Shown in pieces: positions 37,591 through 51,100 of a stretch of DNA of 64,000 nt (within the stretch, counting starts at the first letter, position 1; each line of letters opens with the position of its first letter). The position numbers and the translations under genes are program-made. Source of the stretch: Cenococcum geophilum (taxonomy: Eukaryota); contig CP158635.1 of the NCBI GenBank assembly GCA_050273025.1, positions 31,248,001 to 31,312,000 on the forward strand. The letters are read 5' to 3'. Below the pieces are notes generated by a model. That model did no database searches and was not told the origin of the DNA. It saw only the letters and a program-made list of their open reading frames with translations.

Positions 37591-38014
37591 AATAGATCCT
37601 ATTTAGGTGTTATAAATTTAGAGTAATATTACGTAACCGTCTAGAAGTACTAATATAATATAAATTATATACCTTTTTGCCTAAAATTACGTGCGAAAGT
37701 ACTTAGGGGCGGTTACTGCGTAACCTTATATAGGGTTCACGCGCGTTATTAGTAGGGGTAGCCCTAACCTTATATTAACCCAGGTTATAACTACGCTAAA
37801 TTAGCCCCCCTAATATGTAATAGATATTAGAGGTTTAGGATAAGCTTAGTATAACCTTAGGTTATATATAACCCCCTAAAGTCCATAATATATCATTTAA
37901 ATATTACCCTCCCCCCTTTTAGTAGTGGCCCCTACTTTTTAGAAGCGTTTTTAAGGCCTAGGTTAGTACTAGGTTAATATTAAGGACCTTATTACGCGCC
38001 TTTAACCTTACTAT

Positions 38015-41000
38015 TGTCACGGCTAGCTTCCCGTGGGAGCGGTCCGATAGATCAAGCAACAATAAGGGGCTATATTATGAATAGACTAAGGTAAGGGCTC
38101 GAAGAAAGGGGCGCGGTAGACGACTATGTACATGTTCGGTCGTCGGGGCAACGTTGGGGCAACGTTGATCCGTGACCGACGACGCCTCGATAGTAGCTAT
38201 GTAGACGAACCGTCACATCACCCCCCTTTAAGCCAGGAGGATCGCCCTCGATCCTCGTAGTCAGGCTCTCCTTGTCCGTCTCACCCTTCCGTCCTTCTCT
38301 GCTTTATTGTCTTCCTCTAAGGGCTCTAGATCTACGTCCTTATAATACGCCTCTAGCCATTATATCAGCCGTACGGGTGGTCCAGCATTATAGGGTCTCT
38401 CGTCGTGGAACGCCTTAATCTTATAGGGGGCGCTAATAAAGCCGTCTGCGTTATACTAGGTGTCGTCTAGGTCGTGGCCTACCCAGTTAACCTTATACTG
38501 TAGCCTTCCGTGGTAGGTTTTACTAGCAAAGATCTTATTAATCTCGTACTCCGGCTCGCTATTAATTAGGATTAGCTCCTCTGGCTCCCTATTCTAGCCC
38601 AGCAGGAGGTTATCTAGGTCCTTTCGTAGTCGATCGGCATGGAAGACGTTTAATATCTTTATGTTTGGGGGTAGGTCGATAATATACGAGTGTCCTTTTA
38701 TGCCTAGAATCTTATAGGACCCTGCGAGCTGTCTATCTAGCTTAATACTCGGTTAGTTAGTAGCCTAGCCCCTCTTAGTAACGTATACTCGATCGCCTAC
38801 TCCGAAGTCTAGTTTACAATAGTGCCTATTTACTTGCCTTATCTGCCGCTCTTAGGCCTTAGCCAGGTTGTCTCTTACCCATTTAACTACGTCCCAAGTC
38901 CTACGTGTAAAGACTTAAGCTTTTTATCGTGTTAGCTTCTTATAAGGCGTTAAGGCTGCTTATATACGTTCCTCCTAGTTAAAGTGGAGCCTTGGCTTAA
39001 ATCCTAGCTCTAGCTTATATAGTGCGAAGCCGGTAGATTTATAGGGTAAGATTGCTTATACGAAGTCTATATAGGGGAGGAGCTCTAACTAATTGTCCTG
39101 GTAGTAGTTAATAAAGGGCCTTAAGCGTTGGTTAATGTACTAGTTTAGTACTTCCGTATTACTATTGGTTTGCGGGTAACTAGATATAGAGAGCTTTTAC
39201 TTAACACTAGTTAGTTTATATAGCTTGTCTATAAAGGCTGAGATAAATTAGGGTCCTTAATCTGATATAACTGTCTTTAAAAGGCCGTATACGCGCTAGA
39301 CGTGTTGGTAGTACAGGTTTACTATATTAGCTACAGTGGCAGTTTTATAGTAGGGTAGTGAAAAGGCTCTCTTGCCTAGTCGATTAACGACTATAAAGAC
39401 GTTGTCGAAGCCCTTTTTATCCATTAGGAAGGACTTAAAATCAAAAGAAACGTGCTACTAGTAGCGTTTACCAATTAGTAGGGGGTGCAGTAGGCCTAGA
39501 GTTTTATCGCGGGGTATATGGGTCCTCCTATAGGTCCTGCAGTTTCCTACATAGGTATCGCAGTCTGAGGGTAGTCCTAGCTAATAGTATTGGTCTACTA
39601 TAAGTTTCCTAGTCTTTGTTTTGCCTAGGTAAGCAGTTACCTAGTAGGAGTATACCTCTGCAATAAGGTAGGTACGGAGGTAATTAGTATTAGGGACTAT
39701 TAGCTTGCTAAAGCGGGTTAGTAGTCCTCCTTAGAGTTTCTAGCCCTTTTAGTCTTGCTTGGCTAGCTAACGTAGCCCTACTAGCGACTCGCTAGTTTAA
39801 TTGGCCTAGAGGATCTAATTAACTAGCTTATACGGTTCCTATTTATAACTTACTGCGACTAGGGGGTCCTTAGAGGTTAACTCTAGTGTAGCAATTATAA
39901 GGGCGGGGTTAATTAGGTACATAGTGCGTGCGGCTATATCCTTCTCTTTTTACGTCTTTAGGTCCTCTTGCTTCCGTAATAGGGTATTAGCCACTATATT
40001 TACCGTACCTGGCCTATATATAATCTGCATATAAAAATTAGCTAGTAGGTCTACCTAGCGGGCTTACCGTGGACTTAGCAGCCTCTTGGTTATAAAGTAC
40101 TTCAGGGCTTAATAATCTATGATTACTATAAAGGGTATATATTGGAGGCCGATAAGGTGACCTCGCCATTCCTATAGGCCTCTTATCACCGCTAGCATCT
40201 CTTTATCATAGATCTCGTACCGCATCTCTGTAGGAGATATTATCTTTAAGAAGAAGGCTACTAGCTTCTAGGTCCCATTATCTTACAGCTAGTTTAGCAC
40301 CCTAGCTACTACTCCGTCACTCACATCCGTCTCTATACGGGTGTCTTAGAACGGTAAGTAGTACTTAATTACACTGCCAGATAGTATAAGGGCCTTAACT
40401 CACTTAAAGGCTTTAAGCTCTTCCTCCCCCAGTAGGTGCCATACTCCCTTCTTTATAAGCTTACTAAGCGGTTATATAACTCGGCCGTAATCCTTTAAAA
40501 AGGCCCAGTAGAAGTTATAGAATCCTAAAAAGGATTATATCCCTTTTACAGAGGTAGGGGGTTCCTAATCCTTAATTGTAGATAACTTATCGGTGTCTAT
40601 AGCGACCCTATTAGTACCAATAACAAAGCCTAAAAACTTCGTCTCAGTAACGTTAAACTCGCTCTTCTTAATATCCGCTTATAAGCCTACCTCTCAAAGC
40701 TTTTACAGGACCTTCTTAATATAGACTTCGTGCTCTAGCGGGTCGTCCGAGTAGATTAAGATGTCGTCTATATAGGCTATATAGAAATCGTCCAGGTAGT
40801 TAAAAAGGACGTTATTAATAAATCTCTGGAAGGACGTAGGGCCGTTATATAGTCCAAAGGGTACGACACGGTACTTATATAATCCGTACCTTATACGGAA
40901 GGTAGTTAACTCCTCTACCTCTTCCTTTAGCCGTATACGGTAGAAGGCCTGCCGAACGTCTAGCTTAGTAAAGATCTTAGCTCTTAATAGCCTGGTTAAC

Positions 41001-44000
41001 GTCTCCTTAATTAATGGCAGCGGGTAGCGGTCCTTCTTAGTAATTGCATTAAGCTTTTGAAAGTCAACGTAGAATCGCCACCCCCCTCCTGGCTTCTTAG
41101 CAAATAGGACCGGAGCTGCGAAGGGTACATCGCTTGGTACAATAAACCCCTTCTATAGGTGCTCCTGTAGGTAGGCCTTAACTAGCTCTAGCTGTTCTAA
41201 TAATATGTTATACAGTAGGCTAGGGGCTAGTTCTCTGCTGCTGCTTTTAAGAACAATATTATAGTCCACCCCCTCGCGATGCGGTGGTAGTATATTGGAG
41301 GTAGCTTTTAAGAAACCGTCAGCGTACTCTTGATAGGGCTGTGGTAGCTTTTCGTAGATAAGCTGGCGGAGTTCTTCCTCATCGTTTGGTAGCGTGTCCT
41401 GTCCCTTTCTATCTTCTATTAGCCGGTCAATCTTGTAGAGGCTAGTAGATCCAATTACTACGCCTTTACGCTTCGCTCCGTATAAGAATCTCCTAGCCTT
41501 AAGTAACGCGATATCCGCAGCTCTGATATCCGCGATAGGCGAGGACTACCTTGCTCTCGGCTTTAGTGGTAAGGCTAGCTTAGGGTAGAGCTGGTCTTAT
41601 ATCTTCCTTATCACGTCTTAGGTATTAATCCTCTAGGTATACTTGTAGTTATATAGGGCTCATTTTAGTGTAATTTCAGTAGGAGGCTTCTTCTTTTAAA
41701 GCTCTCTAATTGCGGCTGTACGTTTGAGAATACGTCGGGGCGTAGGCACAGGCTCTTAATCTAGCAGTGCGTCTCTTCAATTTACATCTTTCTAGTGATC
41801 CTTGTTAATTGGCGGGGGAAAGAGCTCCTTTCTTAGTATAATTACGTCCTGCCTACTGTAGTAGTTCCTCTCAGTTGGCCATACTAAGGCCTGGTGTTTG
41901 CAGTTAATAAGGGCCCCAGTCTTCTTAAACCACCTACGGCCAATAAGAAGATTATAGCGGCCTATATCGCAGAATAGGAACTATATAGGGGCTCGTCAAC
42001 CGTCCATAACTAGGTTCGCCTTAAAGAGCTGTTTAATTGTATCTGTCTACTAATTATTATAGCTAGATACGGCGACTCCTTGTCCTTTAATCTTATAGAG
42101 CTTTAGTTACAGTTATTACTTAATAATTGGCAGTAGCTTATAGTGTATAAAGGCCTCTCCGCCCGCACTAGAGTTAAGTAGACTTACTATATTAAGAGCC
42201 ACGCCACCTAGCGCGATCCTGTATAGTATTGTAAGGGCTGCGCCTTCTAAGATCTCCTTCAGCTGTATAGGCGCTGTGTTAATTGCTCCAGTCTGCTCTA
42301 GGTAGGAGACTTCTCCTAAAGCTGCTCATTTTCCAATTCCGCCAAGTCAGTAACTATCTCGTACTCTTTACTTCGGTCGATTGCTTTAGCTTCTATCTTC
42401 TTTAGCGCTATATAATCCTTAAAATAGTGTCCTTACTTGCTATAGTTAAAGCAGGTAACTGGCGCTCTTACGGCTAGTGCTAGAGTTAGAGACTGCTAGG
42501 AAGGGGGGGGACCTTTAGTCTCTTTAGCGCCCCTAGTAAATACTCTCTTCGTAGCCTAGGCTGCTCTACGGTCACTTTGTTCCTTACCTGTCTACTTTAG
42601 ACCTTAGGCGTACTGTTAAGTAGTCTTACAATAAACGTGGAAGCTATAGTCTTCGTCTACTACCTTGACTTCCATTTAGACGCGTAGGCTATTATAAAGC
42701 TTATTATAAAGCTCCTCTTTCTATTAATCTTATAGCATCCTTAAGATATTTGCTAGCCGTATAAAGTTAGATTAGAAATCGTTAAAGTCTCTTAGGTACG
42801 GTATCTTAAGGCCTTTAAGTTCCTGCTAGGCCTTAATACGGCGATCTGGGTCCTTAAAGACGTTCTTTAGGAACTTAAGTACCTCTTTACTAGTAGGGTT
42901 GCGTTCCGCGTCACGCTCTGCCTCTAAATAAGGTAAGAGGTAGTTATAAGCTTTGCCTCCTACACGCGTCTCAATATACGCTACTTTTGCATCTTCTTCT
43001 TAGCCTAGGTCGTCCCGGTAAAACCAGTCTACATTAAATTGAAGCTTATTTCGTACATAGCCGCTCTAGGCCTAATAGGTAGGTTCTTTCCCATCTATAA
43101 GCATAGGTGGGTCTAGGAACTTCGCCGTGCGTCCTAAGCCCGTAATACTGCTCGTCTAAAAGAGTGGTGTCCCTTCTTAAATCGTCCGTAACGGTGTACT
43201 TTCTCGCTCGCTGTCTTCCCGATCTAGGGCTTATATAGTAACCTTGCGGCCTATCCTTAATATCTTCCAATTAGCCTCGCGGAGCTCGTCAGTCCTATTA
43301 TCTAGGTGCTCCTTAAGCTCCGCTATCTTTACCTCAGCCTCCTCTTTCGCATTAATAGCCTTATATGCGTAGTTATTTATAAGACGCTATAGCATAGCGA
43401 TCTGCTGTTCCAACGCCTTCCTTTATATTCCCTAGAGCCTTAGCTCCTCCACAAGTTCGGTTATAGGTATCTTAGCTAGGCTTTAGGTAGTCGCGGCTAT
43501 AAACTCCCTTTTAGTCTCCATCTTAAAGTATATAGGGTTCTCATCGTCTTCCGATTATACCATAAGACGGTCCTATTTACTCTTTATATCGTCTAAAAGC
43601 TCTATCTCGCTATAGTACGGTTAGAGCTCTGGCGGCTTAAGTGTCGCGTCTATAGGTTCCTCGCGACCTACCAGCGCTAGGTCGGTAGCTATCTCTAGTG
43701 CACTAGGCCTTAATGCGCTCTTTCTTACTATAGTATCTCTTTGCTTCCTTAGGCAAGTCCTCTTACTACTAAGGTTGTAATTAGGGTAATCCTTTTGATC
43801 TAATTACCGCAGTCTCTTCTTTTAGCTGCTTAATCTACTGTTATAATTGCCCGCCTTAAGCAGGGCTTAGAGGGTCGGTTGGTCTATAGTCGTGGTAGTA
43901 GAATTGGCTACGCGTTTAACCGTTGGACCTAGTATTATGTCGCCTCTATAGGCTAATTGGGGTTGACCTTAGTCTAATATCACGGCTAGCTTCCCGTGGG

Positions 44001-44180
44001 AGCGGTCCGATAGATTAAGCAATAATAAGGGGCTATATTATGAATAGACTAAGGTAAGGGCTCGAAGAAAGGGGCGTGGTAGACGACTATGTACATGTTT
44101 GGTCGTCGGGGCAACGTTAGGGCAACGTTGATCCGTGACCGACGACGCCTTGATGGTAGCTATGTAGACAAACCGTCACA
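38015..44180 (-). mobile_element. Full-length Gypsy chromovirus, RIP-inactivated
   Basis: 203-bp LTRs at 38015-38217 and 43978-44180, TSD ACTAT, reverse PPT at about 38221. RT motifs GWRFYVDFQKLNAIT and YIDDILIYS. Chromodomain EPEYEINKI...QYKVNWVG. Confidence 0.95.
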
Positions 44181-46202
44181 ACTATTACCTTAACAATCCA
44201 TTTTTTATACTCTTTCTATTTTTATACCCGCGCTAGCTTCTAGCTTACGTAGGGCTTTTAATTTTATATAGAACGGGCCTACTATAATTCTAATTCTATA
44301 ATATAGGGCTCTCTTCTTCTATTCCTTTATTAATATTTATATGTTTAGTAGCTTTATTTATCTATACCAACGCTATACTTACGCGTCTTCCCCCTAACCT
44401 CTTACGGAGATAAAGTCTTTTAAGAATCTTCTTACCCTACGGTCTACTTTATAGTTAAAGGAAGCCCCCCTAGCCTACTCCTCCCCCTCCTCCTATAGCC
44501 TCTAGAATGAATTTAAGGCCTAGATAGTATAGCTATATAATATTTATAAGGCCTAGCGCTTAAAAAAATACTATAAGGGTGTATAAGCCGAAGTAAATAG
44601 AGTAGGAAGACTAGTGCGTAAGACTAAAAGGTAATATAGACGGCGCCTAGGTAATAGAAGATAAGCTTTACCTATTTTTAGAGTAGTAAGTTATTAAGTA
44701 AGAATTATAGGCTGCTAGCTATTAAAGACGGAAGTTAAAATAAAAGGAGATATAAAAAGATAGTAAGCGGGTAAAGAAGAGGTAAAAGATAGTTAAGCGG
44801 GTAAGGTAGCTAGGGGGGAAGGCAGCTATAGGGGCAGCCGTAGGCATAGGGGAGGAACCTATAAAGGAGGAAGGGGAGATATGGGATAAGGAGGCCCTAG
44901 ATGCCCTATTTAACGAAATAATCCAATACTTAGTTATAAATAGCTATATCTCTACTATTACCAAGCTTTATATATAATAGTTAAAAGGTAAGACCTTACA
45001 GCTACTATAGGGGGCAAAGCTCTTAGTAGTACTAGATAGTGTCCGCCGTAATAAGGACCGGATTTAACGCGTTAACTTTATTAATTAAGGCCTATTCGTA
45101 ATTACTAGGGGCTATAACGTTAAAGGACTTAAAAAGGTAATTACTTAGTACTTAGAAACAGGCTCTAAGATACTAGGTTTAGTTAAGTTTTACCTTTAAA
45201 CTATAGCTAAGCATTTATTAAGTTTATATATACCCTACCTAGTTTATATAGCTACCGTTTTCTAACCCGTTCCTTAGGCTATACTACCATTACCTATAGT
45301 AAAAGTAGATAAGACGTTTAGCTTACTAACTTTATCCTTATTAAACTAGAGAATAAAGGGCCTAAACTAAACGAGTTAGCGCTGTATATAATTATATTAA
45401 TAATATAAGGGAAGTAGAATTAGCACGGTAAGGTTAAGTATATAGGCTATATACGGAACACTAACCCTATCCTTTACCCCCTCTCTATAGTAGCCTTTTA
45501 CTTCTTTAACCGCTAGGGTAAAGATGGCGCTAAAAGCTTTCTATCCTTTTAGTAGCTAGAAGACTACTATAACCTATACGTCTTCCCTAGCAGTATTAAA
45601 GTACTATAATAGCCGCTAAGCTATTATATGCAGTTTAAATAGAATAAAAAGATATTTTAAGGGGTAGGAATTTACTTAAAGGAGAAAACCTATAGCGCCT
45701 ATAAGTAAAGCGTCTAGTATACTAAGCTTAGCAGCGTTAAGAAGACCTAAATTAGACGGGCCGGACGCTAAAATATAAATATAATAATAGGAGCCTACCT
45801 TAGCTACCTACCCTATGCGTTTATATAGTTAATTACCGGCTTCCTAAAAAAAGAAAAGGGCTACTTTTTTCCCTATACACAGGAGGTGCTAGAGGAGGCC
45901 CTCTGCTTAAAGATATAGCCTAAGACTACTATCTAGCTAAAAAATATAGAGGTTTAATACCTAGGTAGGGCCAATAATAAGGTTATACGGCTTAACCTTA
46001 TAGGCTTAAGATTTCTATACCTCCTCTACGCGCTTAGGGTAATCCTATTATAGGACTTAGTAATCCTATATAAGTAGTTCTCACTCCACCCCCTATAAAA
46101 GGACCCCCTCTTTAGCTATAAGGAGTACTAGAGGTTTGCTATATAGGTAAAAAGCTTACTAGCTAACATAGTTATACTAGATAAGCTAATAATATAGAAA
46201 TA

Positions 46203-46383
46203 CGGAGGTGCGTTTTAAAAGTCTTCGCCGCCCCAAGGTTGGTAAGGCAACGGGCTAGAAGCCGCCTAATAGCGCCTAAGGTCCCCTAAAACCGGCTTAA
46301 AATGCGCCCAATTTTCGGCTATATATGGGCTCTTTAGGCTTAACCTAGGCAGGGCCGGCAAAGACTTTTAAAACGTACTTCCG
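46203..46383. mobile_element. 181-bp MITE, TA TSD
   Basis: TIR CGGARGTRCGTTTTAAAAGTCTTYGCCG. Empty site GGAAATACTAGCC in copy A at about 35884. Confidence 0.9.
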
Positions 46384-46782
46384 TACTAGCCCGCCTATAA
46401 GGCTATAGCTAAGCTAAGATATAAGGCCGCGATCTTTAAGATAAAGGGGGTTTAATTACGCGTATAAACGATCTTAGAACGCCTTAGCGAAATAAAAAGG
46501 TTATTAGCATTATTTATACCTATACAGATCTAGTAAGGGAAGATAGGTATCTAAATAGGGCTATAGAGTCTATATATCTACCTTTAGGCAAGCCCATGCC
46601 GTTTACTATAATATTTACTATATCTACGCCGCCTACTTAACCGTTTATAATATCCGTACTACCAACTTAGCCATTATCTATAATATTTATACCATCCACT
46701 TAGCCGTCTATAATATTCATACTATCCACTTAACCGTTTATAATATCCGCACCATCTACTTAGCCGTCTATAATATCCGCAC

Positions 46783-48093
46783 TGTTACGACACTGACCTA
46801 ACACGTTGTTATAACTTAGTGTTGTTATAACACGAGCACAGACCTAACCCCTAAGCGACGTGTATATATATCGCCTCACCTCCTACATAAATCCTTACAC
46901 GACATCGTTTATTAATTATATATAGTCACCTTGTATATCGTACCTTAACAGTCCGCACGTACTATAACAGTATGTCGTGTCATCTTATACGCCCCCGGTA
47001 GGGCTTTATTTCCACTATTCTAAAGCTAAAGCTATAACCTTACCCTAGGCGGGATTCTTACCCCTATTTTACGTTAATGCGACCTAGTAAAATCTCTGTC
47101 GAATCTATTCAAGTACCTAAGCCGATCTCCTTTCTGTTTACCCAAGTTTCTAAGCTAGTAGTAGGGAGACACCCTACGGGCTATAGTTTCTCTTTTTAGT
47201 TTCTAAGTTTCCTAGGCCGGTAGTAGGGAGACACCCTACGGGCTATAGTTCCTCTTCTTAGTCTCTAAGTCTTCGTATCTAGCTATACTTTTACTTCATG
47301 TTCTAAGTTTTTAAAGCTGGCTGTAGGGAGACACCCTACGGGCTATATCCTCGTGTCTTAATTAGAGTGTAAGACTATAGGTTACGATCTCGTCTCCGTC
47401 TCCGTCTCCGTCTTTATCTTTAACAATAATATACTTTAAGTTTACCGTAATAAGAATCTACGTCTTAACCTTAATCTCTGTACTCTGAGCCTGTTAAATC
47501 TATACCTTAATCTCCACACTCCGAGCCTTTTAAGTCTACGTAATAACCTTAATCTCCGCAACCCCCGAGCCTTTTAAGTCTACGCCTTAACCTCAATCTC
47601 CGTAACTTTAAGCCTTTTGAGTGTTAATATCCGCCATACACCCCGTAGATAAATTTTTTCTCATCTCCTTCGTTTTACCCCTTTGCCTTCGGCTTTATTT
47701 AGTGCTTAAGACGAGCACTAGCGGAGAGCGATATAGTAGGGATATAGGTAGGAGGGTCTAAGGACTATAAGGACGAGGACCTTTAGACTGGAAGGACGGG
47801 AACCTTTAAGGACTGAAAGGATGAGGATATATATCTATTTTTTTACCACTATATTTCTACTACCATTACTTAGCTCACAGGAGCTCGCCTTAAAAGGGGG
47901 ATATACTGTTACGGCATTAACCTAACACGTTATTATAACTTAGTGTTGTTATAACACGAGCACAGACCTAACCCCTAAGCGACGTATATATATATCGCCT
48001 TACCTCCTATATAGATCCTTATATAATATCGTTTGTCAATTATATACAGTCACCTCGTATATCGTACCTTAATAGTCCGCACGTACTGTAATA
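46783..48093 (+). mobile_element. TRIM-like non-coding LTR element (1311 bp)
   Basis: 187-bp LTRs at 46783-46969 and 47907-48093, TSD CGCAC, PPT AAAAGGGGGA. The internal region is made of short repeat arrays. Confidence 0.92.
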
Positions 48094-48143
48094 CGCACTA
48101 TCTATTTAGCCGTCTATAATATTTATACCGTCTACTTAGCTGT

Positions 48144-51100
48144 TATTACGGGATACCCCCGTAACACCTTATACACGTTTACCTATTTCTACTAACTTAG
48201 TAACTAAAGACTAACTATAAAATGGCAATTTGCGGTAATCTAACGGCAATCTGCTATATTCTGCTAGATTCCGCCAAGTTTTACTAAATCCTGTTAAGTT
48301 CTGCTAGGACTATTACCTAAATCCTATTTTACTTTATATACGTATTAACTAAGCAATTAAGCTAACAATATATACCCTTTCCTTTTATTTTCCTACCTTT
48401 TCTCCTTACGTAATGTTTTAACTTCTTATACAGTTTATATACGTAGCTTAATAATATCCACTTTGCTATATATTGTCGCCACTTATACTCACTCCGTAAC
48501 ACTACGTTGTATTAACTACTTACACTACCGCCTAAAATGGAAAACGTATCTAAAACCCCTGTAACGGCCGCCAATATTATATCTATCCTCTAAGAATAAA
48601 TGGTAAGTATACAGAAGTCCTTTATAGAGGCCCTTAAACAATAATAAGTTACCCTAACTCAATAATAAGCCGAGTAAGAGGCACGGTATTAGAAAACAAT
48701 AGAAGCCCTTTAAGAAGAAGTCCGTACCCTTAAGATACCTATACTAGAACCCTAAGACCGAACACTATCTCTAGAGATAAACACGCGAAACGCGAGTCCT
48801 AAACCCATAGTAGTTACTTACCTTAAGCTAACTACTACACTATAATAATCTAAACGGTTACCTAACCCCCTAGTATTTACTAGTAAACGATAAGAGCTTT
48901 AATTATTTCTAAGCTAGCTTAAAAATAAGCTAACTAGTAACGCTAACCGCTACCTAACTAAAGCTAACCGACTCTATTACGCCCTAAGTTAACTAGGAGG
49001 AGAGGTAGCTAACTTTATTAAACCTCTTTAACCAAACTCGGAATAAAGCCTAGTTATACTTCTTAAAGCTATATACAGTAACCTAAACCGCTAAACTACT
49101 ACTTAGAGGAAGATAAATTACATAGCTTAAGGAATAAAGAGTTTCCTAGTATACTTTTCCAAATTTAACCGTTACGTAAAGGAAACTAGCTAGAACGATT
49201 CTGCACTGGTTAACAGCCTTATTAAATTTTTAAGCCCTAAACTAAAAAGCTCCCTAATAAGCGTAGACCTACTAGAAGCCCTTAATGCCTACGTAAACAT
49301 TATTAATAAATGGTATAATAATATACTACGCCTAATACCGAAGCCCGCCCCTTAATATAATACGGCAACCCCGCGAATATTTACTAAGTTATTATCTTAG
49401 CCTAAGCACCCTGACGCTATAGATATTAACACTAGAACCCTAGAGTACGCCCTACTAGGGTCCCCTAAATAAGAAAGACGTATTAAGCTAGGCCTTTACT
49501 TTAAGTGTAGAAGTAAGGACTATATCTTAAAATACTATCTTATCCCCTTGCCTACGCCCTAAAACAATTTATAAACGGCTAATACTAGTAACCGTTTACC
49601 GTATTAATCTTTTAGTTACCGCCTCTAATCTTTTTCTAATTTTAGCCCCGTATTTAATAAGTACTATTTATAAGGGTAAAGCTACAACTAATATTCTATA
49701 GGAACCCCTTCCCACTTACTACTAAAAGGTATATCCTAGAGTTAAGTCGCTCTTTAGAACGGCTCTGCCTTAAGATCTCGTTAAATGCTTTAGATATTAT
49801 AAACTCTAACTCTTAGGATTATAGTATAACCGTTAACTATTATCTTTAGCAGAATAATTAATACGCTAATATTTAAGTCCTAATTAATATAGGAGCTAGT
49901 GGTGTAGAATTTATTAATAAGATTTTTGTGTAAGATAATAGTTTTACCCTAACCCCCCTTAACCGGCATATTAATATATTTGGATTTAATAGTAAACGCA
50001 CGGTCTTAGGCTAAATTACCTACGTAGTATATCTAAAACTCTAATACCTAAACCATAAAGAACTAATTAAGCTTTTTGTTACTACCTTAGATTACCTAGT
50101 AATCCTTAGATAACCCTAGATAAAGCTATATAAGGTAACCATTAATTAGGATAACTTTAAGCTTCTATTTACCGCCTCCTATTATAAGCAGAAGTGCCTT
50201 ATAACGCACCGTCCTAACCCTAAACTAAAATCTAGGAAATCCACTAAAATCTATTAGCCTAAGATTTCCACCAATATCTACCCCGCGCCTAAGGAATTTA
50301 CCAAATTCTACTAACCTAGGAATTCTACCGATATCTATTAAGGATTTAAAAATTCCACTAAACCCTATAAATAGACCCTAAGTACTACACCGCCCCAAAC
50401 TAAGTAGAAGCTTAAACTTAGTATATAAAACTACTAGAAGAACTAGTACTCTATAATAAAAAGAATATTTAAAGAACCCAAAACTAAATCTAATACTAAC
50501 TCCGTACTTAATACTAACTCCGTACTTAATACTAAACCTAGACCTAAATAAGAAACTATAGGCAATTTAAGCGAGCTCGGCACCCTAAATATCCGTATAA
50601 TTAGAGCTACCCCGCTAGCGTAACTTGCTAAGAAACCTAAATACACAATCTTCGCTGTTACTATGGCTGATATTAAGAAGGCCTTAGTACTAAAGAAGCA
50701 CACTAACCCTGCTACAAAGGTACTAGTAGAGTACTATAACTACCTAGAGGTATTTTTATAGAAGGAAGCCGATAAGCTACCGGAATACTAATTGTATAAC
50801 TATAAGATTGTACTTAAAGAAGGAAAGCAGCCTAGATTTAGACCCCTATATAGGATATCCTAAAACAAACTCTAAGTGCTATAAAAGTATTTAAATAAGA
50901 ACCTAAGTAAAGGATTTATTAGAGCAAGCTCGTTGCCTATAGCTATACTAGTAATCTTCGTTAAGAAACCTAGCGGTAGTCTACGCTTCTGTATAAACTA
51001 CTAAGCTCTTAACGCCATTACCGTTAAGAACTAATATCCAATCCCGTTAATATAGGAGACACTAAACTAACTAAGTAAGGCTCGCTACTATACGAAGCTT

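Larger units (their letters stand above)
33011..37649 (+). mobile_element. Crypton copy A (second family), RIP-inactivated
   Basis: GKQN*YSKVKYIGYIRNANP, KEKTYSAYK, YLSYLPYAFIR, LRVILL*DL..FPLHPL and an apparent GCR1_C-like C-terminus. Colinear with copy B. Confidence 0.85.
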
